Below, in pieces: positions 30,496 to 40,290 of a stretch of DNA of 64,000 nt. The number at the start of each line of letters is the position of its first letter. The first letter of the stretch is position 1. A program made the position numbers and the translations under genes. The notes below the pieces were generated by a model, which did no database searches, had not been told where the DNA came from, and worked only from the letters and a program-made list of their open reading frames with translations. This DNA is from Planctomycetota bacterium (lineage in GTDB: Bacteria > Planctomycetota > UBA11346), in NCBI GenBank assembly GCA_038213805.1, contig JBBQSO010000015.1:1-64000 (forward strand), written 5' to 3'.

Positions 30496-31437
30496 ATGAG
30501 CGAGACCATCGCCGCCGCCGTCACCGCCTACCTGGATCACCTGCGCGACGTGCGCCAGGCGAGCGTGCACACCCTGCGCGCGTACCGGCAGGAATTCACC
30601 GCCTTCCTCGCGTGGCGGCAGCGCGAGGCGCCGGAAACGGTGGTGCTTGACCAGCTGCAGGCCGGGCTGTTGCGCGCCTACGTCGCGGCGCGCGCGGGCG
30701 GCAGCGGCGGCGTGGCCCCGGCGGCGGCGAGCGTGGCGCGCACCGTCGCGGCGCTGCGCGCCTTCGGCCGCCACCTGGCGGTCACTGAGCGGCTTGCCGC
30801 CAACCCGGCGGCGCTGCTGCGCGCGCCGCGCGTCGGGCGCAAGCTGCCGCACTACCTCGAGACCGAGGCGCTCGAACGTCTGCTCGCCGCGCCACCGGGC
30901 GAGGATGAGGCGGGGACCCGCGACCGCGCCATCCTCGAGGTGCTCTACTCCACCGGCCTGCGCGTCGGCGAACTGGTCGCGCTGCACGACCGCAGCCTGG
31001 ATCTGATCGGCGGCGTCGCGCGGCTGCGCGGCAAGGGCCGCAAGGAGCGCCTGGCGCCGCTCGGTCGCCCGGCGGTGCGCGCCTTCGAGGCCTACCGCGC
31101 GGTGCGCGATGGCGTGCACGGCCGCGATCCCGGCGGCCGCGCCAGCTTCCTGAGCGTGGCCGCCGCCAAGCGCGGCGGCGGCGGCGGCCGCGCGCTCAGC
31201 ACGCGCGACGTGCACCGCATCGTCGGTCACCACCTCATCGCCGCCGGCCTGTCGGCGCGCACGACGCCGCACACCCTGCGCCACACCTTCGCCACCCACC
31301 TCGTCCAGGCCGGCGCCGACATCCGTGCGGTGCAGGAGCTGCTCGGACACAGCAGCCTCAACACCACGCAGATCTACACGCATCTGACCATCGAGGCGCT
31401 GCGCGAGGTGTACCGCAAGGCGCATCCGCGCGCGTAG
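30496..31437 (+). CDS. xerC: Tyrosine recombinase XerC
   Basis: [64 protein letters not shown]. Confidence 0.85.
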   Translation: MSETIAAAVTAYLDHLRDVRQASVHTLRAYRQEFTAFLAWRQREAPETVVLDQLQAGLLRAYVAARAGGSGGVAPAAASVARTVAALRAFGRHLAVTERLAANPAALLRAPRVGRKLPHYLETEALERLLAAPPGEDEAGTRDRAILEVLYSTGLRVGELVALHDRSLDLIGGVARLRGKGRKERLAPLGRPAVRAFEAYRAVRDGVHGRDPGGRASFLSVAAAKRGGGGGRALSTRDVHRIVGHHLIAAGLSARTTPHTLRHTFATHLVQAGADIRAVQELLGHSSLNTTQIYTHLTIEALREVYRKAHPRA

Positions 31438-31670
31438 CACTCAATCAGTACGAGCGATGGCTTGATTTTTTTTCCGGTTCATAGGGATGTCCCGCAATGG
31501 TCGCGAACGGACTCCAGAATTCTGATAGGAAAGCGTCGAGACGAGGTGTCATACGGTCCACGGTAGGCCCGTGAAATGCGCAAAAGTAATATAATAGGCG
31601 CTCCTCAAGCCAATCAACCCTTTGAGCACGTCCACAATGGTTGAGCTGATCACTTTTCCGATGACGGCAC

Positions 31671-32093
31671 TTGAGCTTTGAAACAGTAACTGTTTTCGTC
31701 GTCGAGGATAACCAAGGCGATATCGACCTGTGGGGTTTAGTCCTTGAAGACCCTGCTCTCTCAGATGTGGTCGGCATCGAAACCAATGGCGCAGATGCGA
31801 TGGTGCAGCTTGAAAATAAATCCCGCACAAGCCGGCCATTCAGATTGGTCATAGCTGATCGCTACGTGTCGTTGGTGGATGGTCTCGCTCTCGTGTGGAG
31901 AATGACCCAGGATCCTGTGCTTTAGAAGACCCCGATCGTCATCTTGACTGGCTCGGTCATGTCTGCTGAGACAGCGCTACCCTGCCTGTATTTCGAAAAA
32001 TCGATGAACTATGATGGATGGCGAGGCTGGGTGAATACCCTGCGACGCCTCTACCAAACTGCATTTTGCACGACCGGCATGTTCGGCGGCTAG
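31671..32093 (+). pseudogene. Single-domain response regulator (Rcp1/CheY-like) interrupted by an in-frame TAG
   Basis: VFVVEDN...LVIAD...DPVL, TAG at 31923-31925, then in-frame KTPIVILTGS...YFEKS to TAG at 32091-32093. Confidence 0.7.
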
Positions 32094-32144
32094 GGCACCG
32101 AAACCGCGCATTTACTTTTTGGCTAACTTGGCATACCGACAAGC

Positions 32145-34058
32145 ATGACCAGCCTGCCCCCATCTGGGCTTGCCGAGCGCCTCGCGCTCACGGAGTCGCT
32201 GTTACAGGCGGCCTTTGACCAGTCCCCAACGGGAATCTACGTTCTTGATACCCAGCTCCGGATAAGCCAGGTAAATGATCAGGCGACTGCGCTCATTGGC
32301 GATCGCGCGAATACCATAGGGCACTCGCTCTCGGACATCCTGCACCGGCTCTGGACGCCGGAAGCCGCCGAGGCCGCCCTCTTGCCATTCAAGTGCGTCC
32401 TCGAGAACGGCCACCCATTCAAGGCAACGGCCTACCGAACGACCCGCCTCGGTTCTAACGAACATCTGTTTTTCGACTGGGAGATCCGACGCATCACGCT
32501 CTCAAACGGCGTAGTGGCGGGATTACTTGTCACCTTCGTTGACGTAACCGAGCATGTCCTCCTGCGCGACCAAGTTCGGAACGCCGAGCAACGCATTCTT
32601 GAGCTTGCCGAGTCGGTTCCCCAGCTGGTCTGGAGCACCGACGCGTCCGGACGATTCTCCTATGCGAATCAACGCTGGACGGATTATACCGGACTCGACT
32701 TGGCGGCCTCCCGGGCTACCGATTGGCGATCGGTGGTGCACCCAGACGATTACGACCGAGTCATGAGCCAGTGGGCTCGCGTTTTAGCGCAAGGCGATCC
32801 CTACCAGATTGAATTCCGCATGCGCCGCGCATCGGACGATGAGTGCCGATGGCATCTCATACGGGCGAGGCCACGCCGCGGAAAAGACGGTGTTATCACC
32901 CAGTGGGATGGCACGAGCACGGACATTCATGATCTGAAGACGGCGGCCGACAATTTGGCCATAGCGGATAAACGCTGGCAGGTCCTGGTGGCGTGCATGC
33001 CACAGAAGATTTTCACTGCCACCCCCGCAGGCGATGTCGATTACTTCAACCCCCAATGGATGGAATACACCGGACTGACGTTCGAGGCGATTCGTGATTG
33101 GGGCTGGAAACAGTTTATCCATCCCGAGGACGTCGAGGCGAACGTCAAGGTCTGGAAACGCGCGCTGGATACGGGAGAGCCCTTCCAATTCGAAAACCGC
33201 TTCCGCCGTTGTGATGGCGTCTATCGCTGGCATTTGAGCCGGGCTCTCCCCGTGCGCGATGCCGACGGTGTGATCTTGCAATGGATCGGATCAAATACCG
33301 ACATCGACGATCAGAAGCGATATGCCGAGGCCTTGGCGCGATCGAATACGGACCTCGAGAACTTCGCCGCAGTGGCGTCGCATGACCTCAAGGAACCGCT
33401 CCGCATGGTCTCCAGTTACCTGGACCTCGTCGAAAAAAGGTACGGCGAGAAGATGGACGCACGGGGCCATGATTACCTGTGCAACGCTGCGGCCGGGGCA
33501 CGTCGTATGCACCAGCTTATCGATGCAGTGATGGCGTACTCGAAAGTTTCCAGTCCTGGCACTGTCATGCCTGTGGTCGATGCTGGACGCGTTTTGGAGG
33601 AGACATTGGCCGATTTGCATTCATTAATCGATGAGCGAAGAGCGGTCGTCGAGTGCGGTACCTTCCCTTCTGTCGTGGTCGACCCTATCCAGCTCGGACG
33701 GGTGTTTCAGAATCTCATCGTCAACGCGATAAAATTTACCGGTGATCGCCCGCCTGTGGTTCACATTGGCGCTGTAGCCGTGGGCAAGCTGGCCGTATTC
33801 ACCGTCACGGATAATGGTTTGGGGATCCAGCCGGCGGATCTAAAAGGCGTCTTCCAAATGTTTCGTCGTTGTCACGCCGAGAACGTCCCAGGAGCGGGCA
33901 TCGGCCTCGCGACGTGTCGGAAGATCATCGAGAATCATGGCGGCAGCATCTGGGTTGAGTCAGAGATGGGAGTGGGATCGAAGTTCTACTTCGCCCTGCC
34001 TTTGTCCGGCCGCCAGTCATCGTCCGCGCCTGGTGTTTCAAGCCTCGGCAAGGAGTGA
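32145..34058 (+). CDS. Cytoplasmic multi-PAS sensor histidine kinase
   Basis: Three PAS/PAC domains (YANQRW...VHPDD, YFNPQW...IHPED); HisKA ASHDLKEPLR; HATPase FQNLIVNAIKF, DNGLGI, GAGIGL. Confidence 0.92.
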   Translation: MTSLPPSGLAERLALTESLLQAAFDQSPTGIYVLDTQLRISQVNDQATALIGDRANTIGHSLSDILHRLWTPEAAEAALLPFKCVLENGHPFKATAYRTTRLGSNEHLFFDWEIRRITLSNGVVAGLLVTFVDVTEHVLLRDQVRNAEQRILELAESVPQLVWSTDASGRFSYANQRWTDYTGLDLAASRATDWRSVVHPDDYDRVMSQWARVLAQGDPYQIEFRMRRASDDECRWHLIRARPRRGKDGVITQWDGTSTDIHDLKTAADNLAIADKRWQVLVACMPQKIFTATPAGDVDYFNPQWMEYTGLTFEAIRDWGWKQFIHPEDVEANVKVWKRALDTGEPFQFENRFRRCDGVYRWHLSRALPVRDADGVILQWIGSNTDIDDQKRYAEALARSNTDLENFAAVASHDLKEPLRMVSSYLDLVEKRYGEKMDARGHDYLCNAAAGARRMHQLIDAVMAYSKVSSPGTVMPVVDAGRVLEETLADLHSLIDERRAVVECGTFPSVVVDPIQLGRVFQNLIVNAIKFTGDRPPVVHIGAVAVGKLAVFTVTDNGLGIQPADLKGVFQMFRRCHAENVPGAGIGLATCRKIIENHGGSIWVESEMGVGSKFYFALPLSGRQSSSAPGVSSLGKE

Positions 34059-34065
34059 GTCCTGG

Positions 34066-34923
34066 ATGCCAATGTTCTCTGACGATTTCCGTCGCCAACA
34101 CGCCCTGCTCTTAAATTTATCAGAACGTCTGAAATCCGTAAATTCTGACAATTTGCGCATGCGCTATAGGGAGGCTCGGCACCTCCTCGAAACCATCTCC
34201 GCACATGTGCGCGTTCACCTCGAGGCCGAGGATGACGGCCTTTATCGTGAACTCGGACGCTCCCCTGTGGCCTCTGTTCGCGAAACCAGTGAGCGCTTTG
34301 CTCGCGAAATGGGCGGCCTTAAGGAAGTATTCGCATCCTTCGCGCGCACTTGGTCTGAAAACGCCATATGGTCAAATCCTGAGGGCTTTGCCAAGGAATC
34401 GGCTGTGGTAATGGGGGCATTGCGCAATCGCATTGAACGTGAGGAGAAGGAGCTGTATCCGCTGGCTGATTCTCTGGAGATTTATACGACGCCGCATCAA
34501 CTGCTCAGTGAGAATAGTGTCCTCCCACAGACGCCGGTTGTCGTGGTCATGCATGACAACGATGCCGATTTCTTGCTGTTGCAAGAAGCATGGAGGGAAG
34601 CTCAGTCAGACGTTATTTTAAGCCAATTCCGAGACGCCGAGATATTTGTACAAACGCTGGATGCCCACCCGGTCCCAGATCTGATAATCATCGATTTGCG
34701 CCTCTCGATCCATTGCAATGCGCTGACCCGAAGGCTGCGTGCCGCTCAACGATTTTCTGCCGTTCCAATCGTCGTTTGGTCATCGGCGGCTGGAACCACC
34801 AGTGGAAATGCATCCGCGTATTCTGGCGCCACGCGCATATTTCCAAAGCCAGTCACGTACCACGAATACTTTCCGTTTGTTCAAGCAATGAATGATCTCA
34901 TCGCATACCATAGGAGTGCATGA
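34066..34923 (+). CDS. Hemerythrin-like (HHE) domain fused to a REC domain
   Basis: RRQH, HLEAEDDGLY, RIEREEKELYP; C-terminal VVMHDND...PDLIIIDL...PIVVWSS...PKP; AGGAG RBS before ATG 34066. Confidence 0.75.
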   Translation: MPMFSDDFRRQHALLLNLSERLKSVNSDNLRMRYREARHLLETISAHVRVHLEAEDDGLYRELGRSPVASVRETSERFAREMGGLKEVFASFARTWSENAIWSNPEGFAKESAVVMGALRNRIEREEKELYPLADSLEIYTTPHQLLSENSVLPQTPVVVVMHDNDADFLLLQEAWREAQSDVILSQFRDAEIFVQTLDAHPVPDLIIIDLRLSIHCNALTRRLRAAQRFSAVPIVVWSSAAGTTSGNASAYSGATRIFPKPVTYHEYFPFVQAMNDLIAYHRSA

Positions 34924-35149
34924 AATGAACGTTTTTCGGCTCCTCGTCGTCCGAGGTGGAATCTTTCCGTCCATCGCCGGGTAGGCGAGACCTGATTGAA
35001 CAAGAGGAACGAAGAAACGGAGGAGGACAGGGAGCCAGTGAAAAAAAGCGAAATCGGGGGAAAACGGCATTGCCATCTCTTGGCGTTTTCCCGTTCCTCT
35101 TGTTCGATCCTGCCTTTCCTGATGTGATCGACGAGAACCAAGTAGGCCT

Positions 35150-35428
35150 AGAATCCACCGCGAATGACGAGGAACCCGTTTGCTGGCCATAAGGGCGTGC
35201 GAATCCTGCGAAGTCACACGACAGTTGAAGTCATTCCGCAATGGCTCCGCCGTTATTGAGGCCGCCAGCACATTATTTCTCAAAGGTGCAGCCAGTCAGA
35301 TTGTGCCTAGCTTGATCCTGATCGATCAGAACATGCCCAGTCTCACTGGACAAGATATCTTGCGCTCCATTCGGAAAAGGCCGGATGCGGCCGGTATTCC
35401 CATCGTCATGCAGAGTTGCGCCGTCTGA
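35150..35428 (+). pseudogene. Degraded, truncated response regulator receiver gene
   Basis: PSLILIDQNMPSLTGQDILRSIR...IPIVMQS in one frame; an acidic-pocket-like ANDEE upstream in a different frame; stops before the conserved Lys. Confidence 0.55.
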
Positions 35429-35458
35429 CATCCGCGTCGCACTTCGCGCTCTTAATCC

Positions 35459-38149
35459 TCATCTGCCCGTCAGCACCACCGTCTTTTCCGCGCCCAGCCC
35501 GTCATGCTCCGCCTCGTGGCAGGTGAACAGGATGATCTGCAGCGTGCGCGCGGCGTGGCGCAGCGCCTTCAGCAGGGCGGCGCGACGCTGCAGGTCGGCA
35601 TTGACCAGCGGGTCGTCGAGCACCAGCGGCAGGCGCCGGCCCTGGGCGAGGACCTCGGCGAGGCCGAGGCGGACGAGCAGCGCGAACTGCTCGCGGGCGC
35701 CGAGCGAAAGGTGTTCGAAGGGCTCCTCCATGGCGTCGGCCGACCAGCCGGAGATGCGCCAATCGTCGTCGCCAAGCAGCAGGTCCGCGCGCGGGAAGAT
35801 GCGCCGCAGGTAGGGCTCGATCGCACCGCGCACCGGCGCGGCGAGCGTGGCGCGGGTCTCCTTCTGCACCTCGATCACGGTCGCGCGCAGGGTGCGCACG
35901 GCCGCGGCCTGGCGTTCCAGCGCGGCGGCGCGCTCCTCGGCGCGGGCGGATTCCGCAGCGGCTTCCTGCAGGGCCGCCGCCGGATCCTGGTCGCTGGCGG
36001 TGCGCAGCTCGACGCGCAGCCGGTCGCGCTGGCGCAGTGTGTCGTGGACCTGTTCCTGCAGATGGCTCGCGCTGCGGGCTGCGCCCTCGGCAATGCTCGC
36101 GGCGTCGGCGCCACCGAGTTCTTCCCAGGCGGCCTGCAGTCCGGTCTCGCGGTTCACGGCTTCACCCAGGCGCAGCGCGGCGTCCGCGCGCAGGCGCGCC
36201 AGCTCTTCGGGCGCGGGTAGCAGCACCAGCTCTGCGCCGGTGCTGCGGGCGCGTTCGTCGTGGACCGCGTGCGCGGTGACCGCGGCGCTGCGCTCCCTGC
36301 CCAGATGCTTAAGTTCAGCGGCGCTTTCGTCGAGCGCGCTGCGCCGTTCCTGCTCCGCCATGCGGGTGGCCTGCACCGCGGTCCGGGCGGATTCGGGATC
36401 GCCAGCAGGTCCGGCCGGCGCGGGCATGGCGTCCAGGCGCGCACGGTCCGCGGCGGCCTCGCGCTGCAGGCGCGCGCCGGCGGCGGCGAGCGCATCCCCG
36501 TCGGCGCGCGGCTCCAGGCCGAGGGCGGCGGCCAGGGCCGCGGTCGCTGCGCGGGCGGCGCCGAGCGCCTCCTGACGCGCCTGTATCGCCGCCTGGGCCG
36601 CGTCCGGTGAGGACACCCCGGCGGCGCGCAGTGCTTGCTCCAACGCCTCGCCGGCAGTGCGCGCCGCGCTCGCGAGGTCGGCGGCGCCGCCGGCGCCGGT
36701 GCGGATGCGCACGCTGCCGATGCCGGCGAGGTGGAGCTCGCCGAGCCCCGCGGTGCGGCCCTCGAACGTGCCGCCGGCCGCGATCTCTGCGGCCTGCTCG
36801 TGGCCGTCGGCGAGCCAGCGCACGGTCACCGGGCGTTCGGCCTGGAAGACCACCGCGGTGGCCGCGGCATCGCGTTGCACGCAGGCCTCGCGGTGGGCCG
36901 CGGCGAGGTCGCGCAGGGTGGCGACGGTGCGCGGCGTCAGCTCGGGCAGGGCGTCGGCGGCCGTCTGCGCCTGGCGGCGCTCCGCGTCCAGGTCGGCGAG
37001 GCGTGCCTGGAGCGCGCCGCGTTCGGCGACGCGCAACGCGAGAGTGGCGCGCTCGGCCGCAAGGCCGGCGCGTTCCGCGTCGTCCTGCGCGCTGCGCGTG
37101 CGCTGCTGCGCCGCCGCCAGCTCGGCCTCGCGGCGCAAGTGGGCCTGCTCGGCGCGGTCGAGCATGGCGGCCAGCGCCGCCTCCTTGGCAACGCTGGCCG
37201 TCAGCTCGGTGCGTAGCCGGTCGAGCTGCTCGGCGAGCCCCGCGCGGCGCGCCGCAGTCTGCTCCGCGTCCGTAAGCGCGCGGCGCAGGGTCAGCAGCGT
37301 GGCGCGCTCACGCTCCAGGGTGCGCAGCTGCTCCTCCGCCTGCCGCGCGCGGCGCTGCGCCGCCTGCGCCATTTCCTCGGCCCGGCGCTGGCGCGGCACC
37401 AGTTCGGCAAGCCGGCGGGTCGCCTGCAGCAGGTCGCTGGCCGCGGTCTCGAAGCCGCGCAATGCCTGCTGCGCCTGGTCGCGCCGCGCCTGCGCCGCTT
37501 CGCGCTCCTTGAGCGCCTTGCCGTGCTCGCCGGTCGGCCGCATCGCCGCACCCGTCCAATAGCGCTCGTGTTCCTGCTCGACCAGCGTCAGGGCGCGCGC
37601 GCCCAGCGGGCCCGCGGACACCGCGCCGACCTCGCGCGCCACCAGCTCCGACAGCCGGCTGCGCACGCCGTCGGTGACCGCATCGCCGAGCTCGGCGAGC
37701 TGGCCCTGCTGCAACCACAGCACCGGCCATAGGCCGAGGTGGCGCTGATCGACATCGCGGGTGACGCGGCCGGCGTCCGGGACGGCGATGCCGATCAGCT
37801 CCTGCAGGCGGCGTTCGGCCTCCTCGCCTTCCAGGGTGCGGCCAGCGGGCCCGCTCAGGCGGGTCTGCTGGCGGCGCAGGAAGCGTTTGGCGATACGCCA
37901 GTACTGCCCGTCGACCTCCAGATCGACTTCGACTTCGGGCGGCTCGCTGCCGCCACGCTGCTGGAGGGCTTTGCGCGCGTCGTAGACCGGCTTGCACGGC
38001 TCGAACAGCGCGAAGCGCAGCGCTTCGGCGAGCGTCGACTTGCCCGCCTCGTTGGGACCGCAGATCAGGGTGATGCGTTCGGACAGGCCGTCGATCAGCA
38101 GGTGATCGTGGCGGCGCCAATGGCGGACCTCAAGGCGCGTGATGTGCAT
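35459..38149 (-). CDS. SbcC/Rad50-like (YhaN-type) AAA ATPase with long coiled coil
   Basis: N-terminal GPNEAGKST; Ala/Glu/Arg coiled coil; C-terminal LSLGAREQ, LVLDDPLVNAD, FTCH. Confidence 0.88.
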   Translation of the reverse strand: MHITRLEVRHWRRHDHLLIDGLSERITLICGPNEAGKSTLAEALRFALFEPCKPVYDARKALQQRGGSEPPEVEVDLEVDGQYWRIAKRFLRRQQTRLSGPAGRTLEGEEAERRLQELIGIAVPDAGRVTRDVDQRHLGLWPVLWLQQGQLAELGDAVTDGVRSRLSELVAREVGAVSAGPLGARALTLVEQEHERYWTGAAMRPTGEHGKALKEREAAQARRDQAQQALRGFETAASDLLQATRRLAELVPRQRRAEEMAQAAQRRARQAEEQLRTLERERATLLTLRRALTDAEQTAARRAGLAEQLDRLRTELTASVAKEAALAAMLDRAEQAHLRREAELAAAQQRTRSAQDDAERAGLAAERATLALRVAERGALQARLADLDAERRQAQTAADALPELTPRTVATLRDLAAAHREACVQRDAAATAVVFQAERPVTVRWLADGHEQAAEIAAGGTFEGRTAGLGELHLAGIGSVRIRTGAGGAADLASAARTAGEALEQALRAAGVSSPDAAQAAIQARQEALGAARAATAALAAALGLEPRADGDALAAAGARLQREAAADRARLDAMPAPAGPAGDPESARTAVQATRMAEQERRSALDESAAELKHLGRERSAAVTAHAVHDERARSTGAELVLLPAPEELARLRADAALRLGEAVNRETGLQAAWEELGGADAASIAEGAARSASHLQEQVHDTLRQRDRLRVELRTASDQDPAAALQEAAAESARAEERAAALERQAAAVRTLRATVIEVQKETRATLAAPVRGAIEPYLRRIFPRADLLLGDDDWRISGWSADAMEEPFEHLSLGAREQFALLVRLGLAEVLAQGRRLPLVLDDPLVNADLQRRAALLKALRHAARTLQIILFTCHEAEHDGLGAEKTVVLTGR

Positions 38150-38161
38150 GGGCGCTGCGCC

Positions 38162-39259
38162 TTAGCCCGCGGTGGTGAGCAGGCGGTGAAGGAGCTGCAG
38201 CGCGTCCTGCGCTGGTTGGCCGGGATCCGCGCGCAGCCGCGCCACCGTGCTGGCCAGCAGCCCGGGCTCGGCGAGCGCGGCGAGATCAGCCGCCGACGGC
38301 GTGGCGACGAGCGCGCCGGCATCAACGCGCAGCAGCATGCAGCGCTGCGCCCAGTCCTGGAGCATGCCGTCGAGCCGCGTGCGCCCATCCAGGGTCAGCG
38401 TGCCTTCGAGCGCCAGCTCGATGGCGGTGGTGCTGGGCCGCGGCAGTGCCGCGAAGCGCTGCGCCAGGCGCGCGAGCGCCACGTCGTCGTGCACGGCCTC
38501 GGCCCAGCGCAGCCAGGTGGTGGTGGCGACGCGCACCGCTTCGACCTGCGGTTCTGCGCCGGGGCCGGCGATGCTCACCACCAGGACATTGCCGGGATCC
38601 TGCTCCTTGAAGCGCGTCGCCTCGTGGGTGCCGCTGTACCAGGCGCGGCGATCGACGCGCAGCGTGCCGTGCCAGTCGCCGAGTGCGACGTAGTCGAAGC
38701 CCTTCGCCAGCAGCGCGCGCAGGTCGATGAGGTTGGGCGTCTCGACCTCGTCGCCCGACCAGCCCGCGAAGTCGATGACCCCGCCATGCGCCATCACCAC
38801 GCGGATGCCGTCACCGGGCGCGCGCGCGGGCAGCCAGGCGGTGGGATCGTCGACCTCGTGGCGCTGCAGCAGGGGGCAGGGATGGATGACGGCGCCGGCG
38901 ACCGCCAGCGGCGTGCGCGCGTCAAGCACCTGGACGTGCGCCAGGTCCTCGGCCAGGCGTCCCAGCGCGCAGGCCGGTCCGCCGTGGTCGTGGTTGCCGG
39001 GCAGCAGCAGGACCGGGATGGGCGCGAACAGCGCCAGCGCCTCGCGGGCGCGCTGGATGGTGTCGGGTCCCGCGGCGTTCGAATCCAGCACGTCACCGCT
39101 GACCAGCACCGCGTCGGCCTGGCGGGCGTGCGCCAGTGCGGCGATCGCCTGCACCGCCTGGTAGCGCAGCAGGCGCGCCTGGGCGCCGGCATCGCCGGGG
39201 ATGTAGGCGAGCTTGAGCCCGAGCTGCCAGTCGGCGGTGTGGATGCAGGTGAAGGGCAT
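38162..39259 (-). CDS. SbcD/Mre11-like (YhaO-type) metallophosphoesterase nuclease
   Basis: IHTADWQLG, SGDVLD, PGNHD, AHG, ALGDWH, YSGT.E; ATG at 39259. Confidence 0.88.
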   Translation of the reverse strand: MPFTCIHTADWQLGLKLAYIPGDAGAQARLLRYQAVQAIAALAHARQADAVLVSGDVLDSNAAGPDTIQRAREALALFAPIPVLLLPGNHDHGGPACALGRLAEDLAHVQVLDARTPLAVAGAVIHPCPLLQRHEVDDPTAWLPARAPGDGIRVVMAHGGVIDFAGWSGDEVETPNLIDLRALLAKGFDYVALGDWHGTLRVDRRAWYSGTHEATRFKEQDPGNVLVVSIAGPGAEPQVEAVRVATTTWLRWAEAVHDDVALARLAQRFAALPRPSTTAIELALEGTLTLDGRTRLDGMLQDWAQRCMLLRVDAGALVATPSAADLAALAEPGLLASTVARLRADPGQPAQDALQLLHRLLTTAG

Positions 39260-39446
39260 GGTGGCTCGCGGGTCATGACTCAAACCGGCCGCTGCCGGAG
39301 CCGGTGCATTGCAGGCGCTTTATCCAAAAGGGAAGCCCTGCATCGGTCTTGCCGCCCCGGCCGCGCAAGCCCGGGTGGCTCTCCCTTGGCACTCTCCATG
39401 GCCATCGCTACGCTCCTCAGCCGCCGCGCGCGGCGAGGAGCATATC

Positions 39447-40277
39447 GTGAAGACCTGGTTCATCACCGGAGCATCCAGTGGTCTCGGCCACACGCTGGCC
39501 GAGACCGTCCTGCGCCATGGCGACACCGTGATCGCCACCGCGCGCAGCGTCGCCGCGCTCGCCGGCCTGGTCGAGCGCCATCCCCACCAGGTGCTGCCGC
39601 TGGCGCTCGACCTGACCGTGCCCGCCGGCATCGAACCGGCGCTGAGCTCCGCGCTCGAGCGCTTCGGCGCCATCGACGTCCTGGTCAACAACGCGGGCTA
39701 CGGTCTGCTCGCCGCGTTAGAGGAGACCGATGACGCGCACCTGCAGCGCAACCTCGAGACCAACCTGATCGGGCCGCTGCGCCTGATCCGCGCCGCCATC
39801 CCGCTGCTGCGCCAGCAGGGCCACGGCCACATCATCTCGGTCTCGGCCATCGCCGCCTTCGCCAACGAACCCGGCTTCAGCATCTACGGCGCCGCCAAGG
39901 CCGGCCTCGAAGCCGCCTCCGAGGCGCTCGCCGGCGAGCTCGCGCCCTTCGGTATCGCCGTGACAGTGGTGGTGCCCGGACCGTTCCGCACCGACTTCCT
40001 CGGCCGCTCGCTCGAAACCGTGCCGCGCCTGCCGGTCTACCAGGCGACGGTCGGCAAGTTCGCCGCCCTGCTCAGCTCCATCGATGGCAAGCAGCCCGGC
40101 GATCCGACCAAGGCCGCCGAAGCCATCTACGACATCGCCGGCCTGCCCAAACCGCCCTTCCGCCTGGTGCTGGGCCGCTATGCCTCCAACAAGTTCGAGA
40201 AGCGCCTGCATGTGCTGGAGGCGGAGCTGAATGCATGGAAACCCGTCGGCATCCCGACCGAGTACCCGCGCGCGTAA
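39447..40277 (+). CDS. Short-chain dehydrogenase/reductase
   Basis: TGASSGLG, VNNAG, YGAAK, PGPFRT; GTG start after GAGGAG. Confidence 0.9.
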   Translation: MKTWFITGASSGLGHTLAETVLRHGDTVIATARSVAALAGLVERHPHQVLPLALDLTVPAGIEPALSSALERFGAIDVLVNNAGYGLLAALEETDDAHLQRNLETNLIGPLRLIRAAIPLLRQQGHGHIISVSAIAAFANEPGFSIYGAAKAGLEAASEALAGELAPFGIAVTVVVPGPFRTDFLGRSLETVPRLPVYQATVGKFAALLSSIDGKQPGDPTKAAEAIYDIAGLPKPPFRLVLGRYASNKFEKRLHVLEAELNAWKPVGIPTEYPRA

Positions 40278-40290
40278 GGGCTCAAGCCGG

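Larger units (their letters stand above)
31438..35458. other. Lower-GC horizontally acquired signalling island
   Basis: Abrupt shift to an AT-richer composition right after the xerC stop and back at the SbcC-like stop; many A/T-ending codons. Confidence 0.75.

Noticed and set aside
30496..31437. Tyrosine recombinase as a prophage or integron integrase
   Set aside because: Motifs and length fit housekeeping XerC with host-like GC; no integron-specific insertion, attC cassettes, att repeats or phage genes recognised
31445..31852. 135-aa minus-strand ORF at the island's left edge
   Set aside because: Overlaps the REC pseudogene on the opposite strand and has no recognisable motif
31923..31925. 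Island-wide stop-codon reassignment
   Set aside because: Only one internal TAG; the neighbouring island genes are uninterrupted and the other broken gene appears frameshifted, consistent with decay
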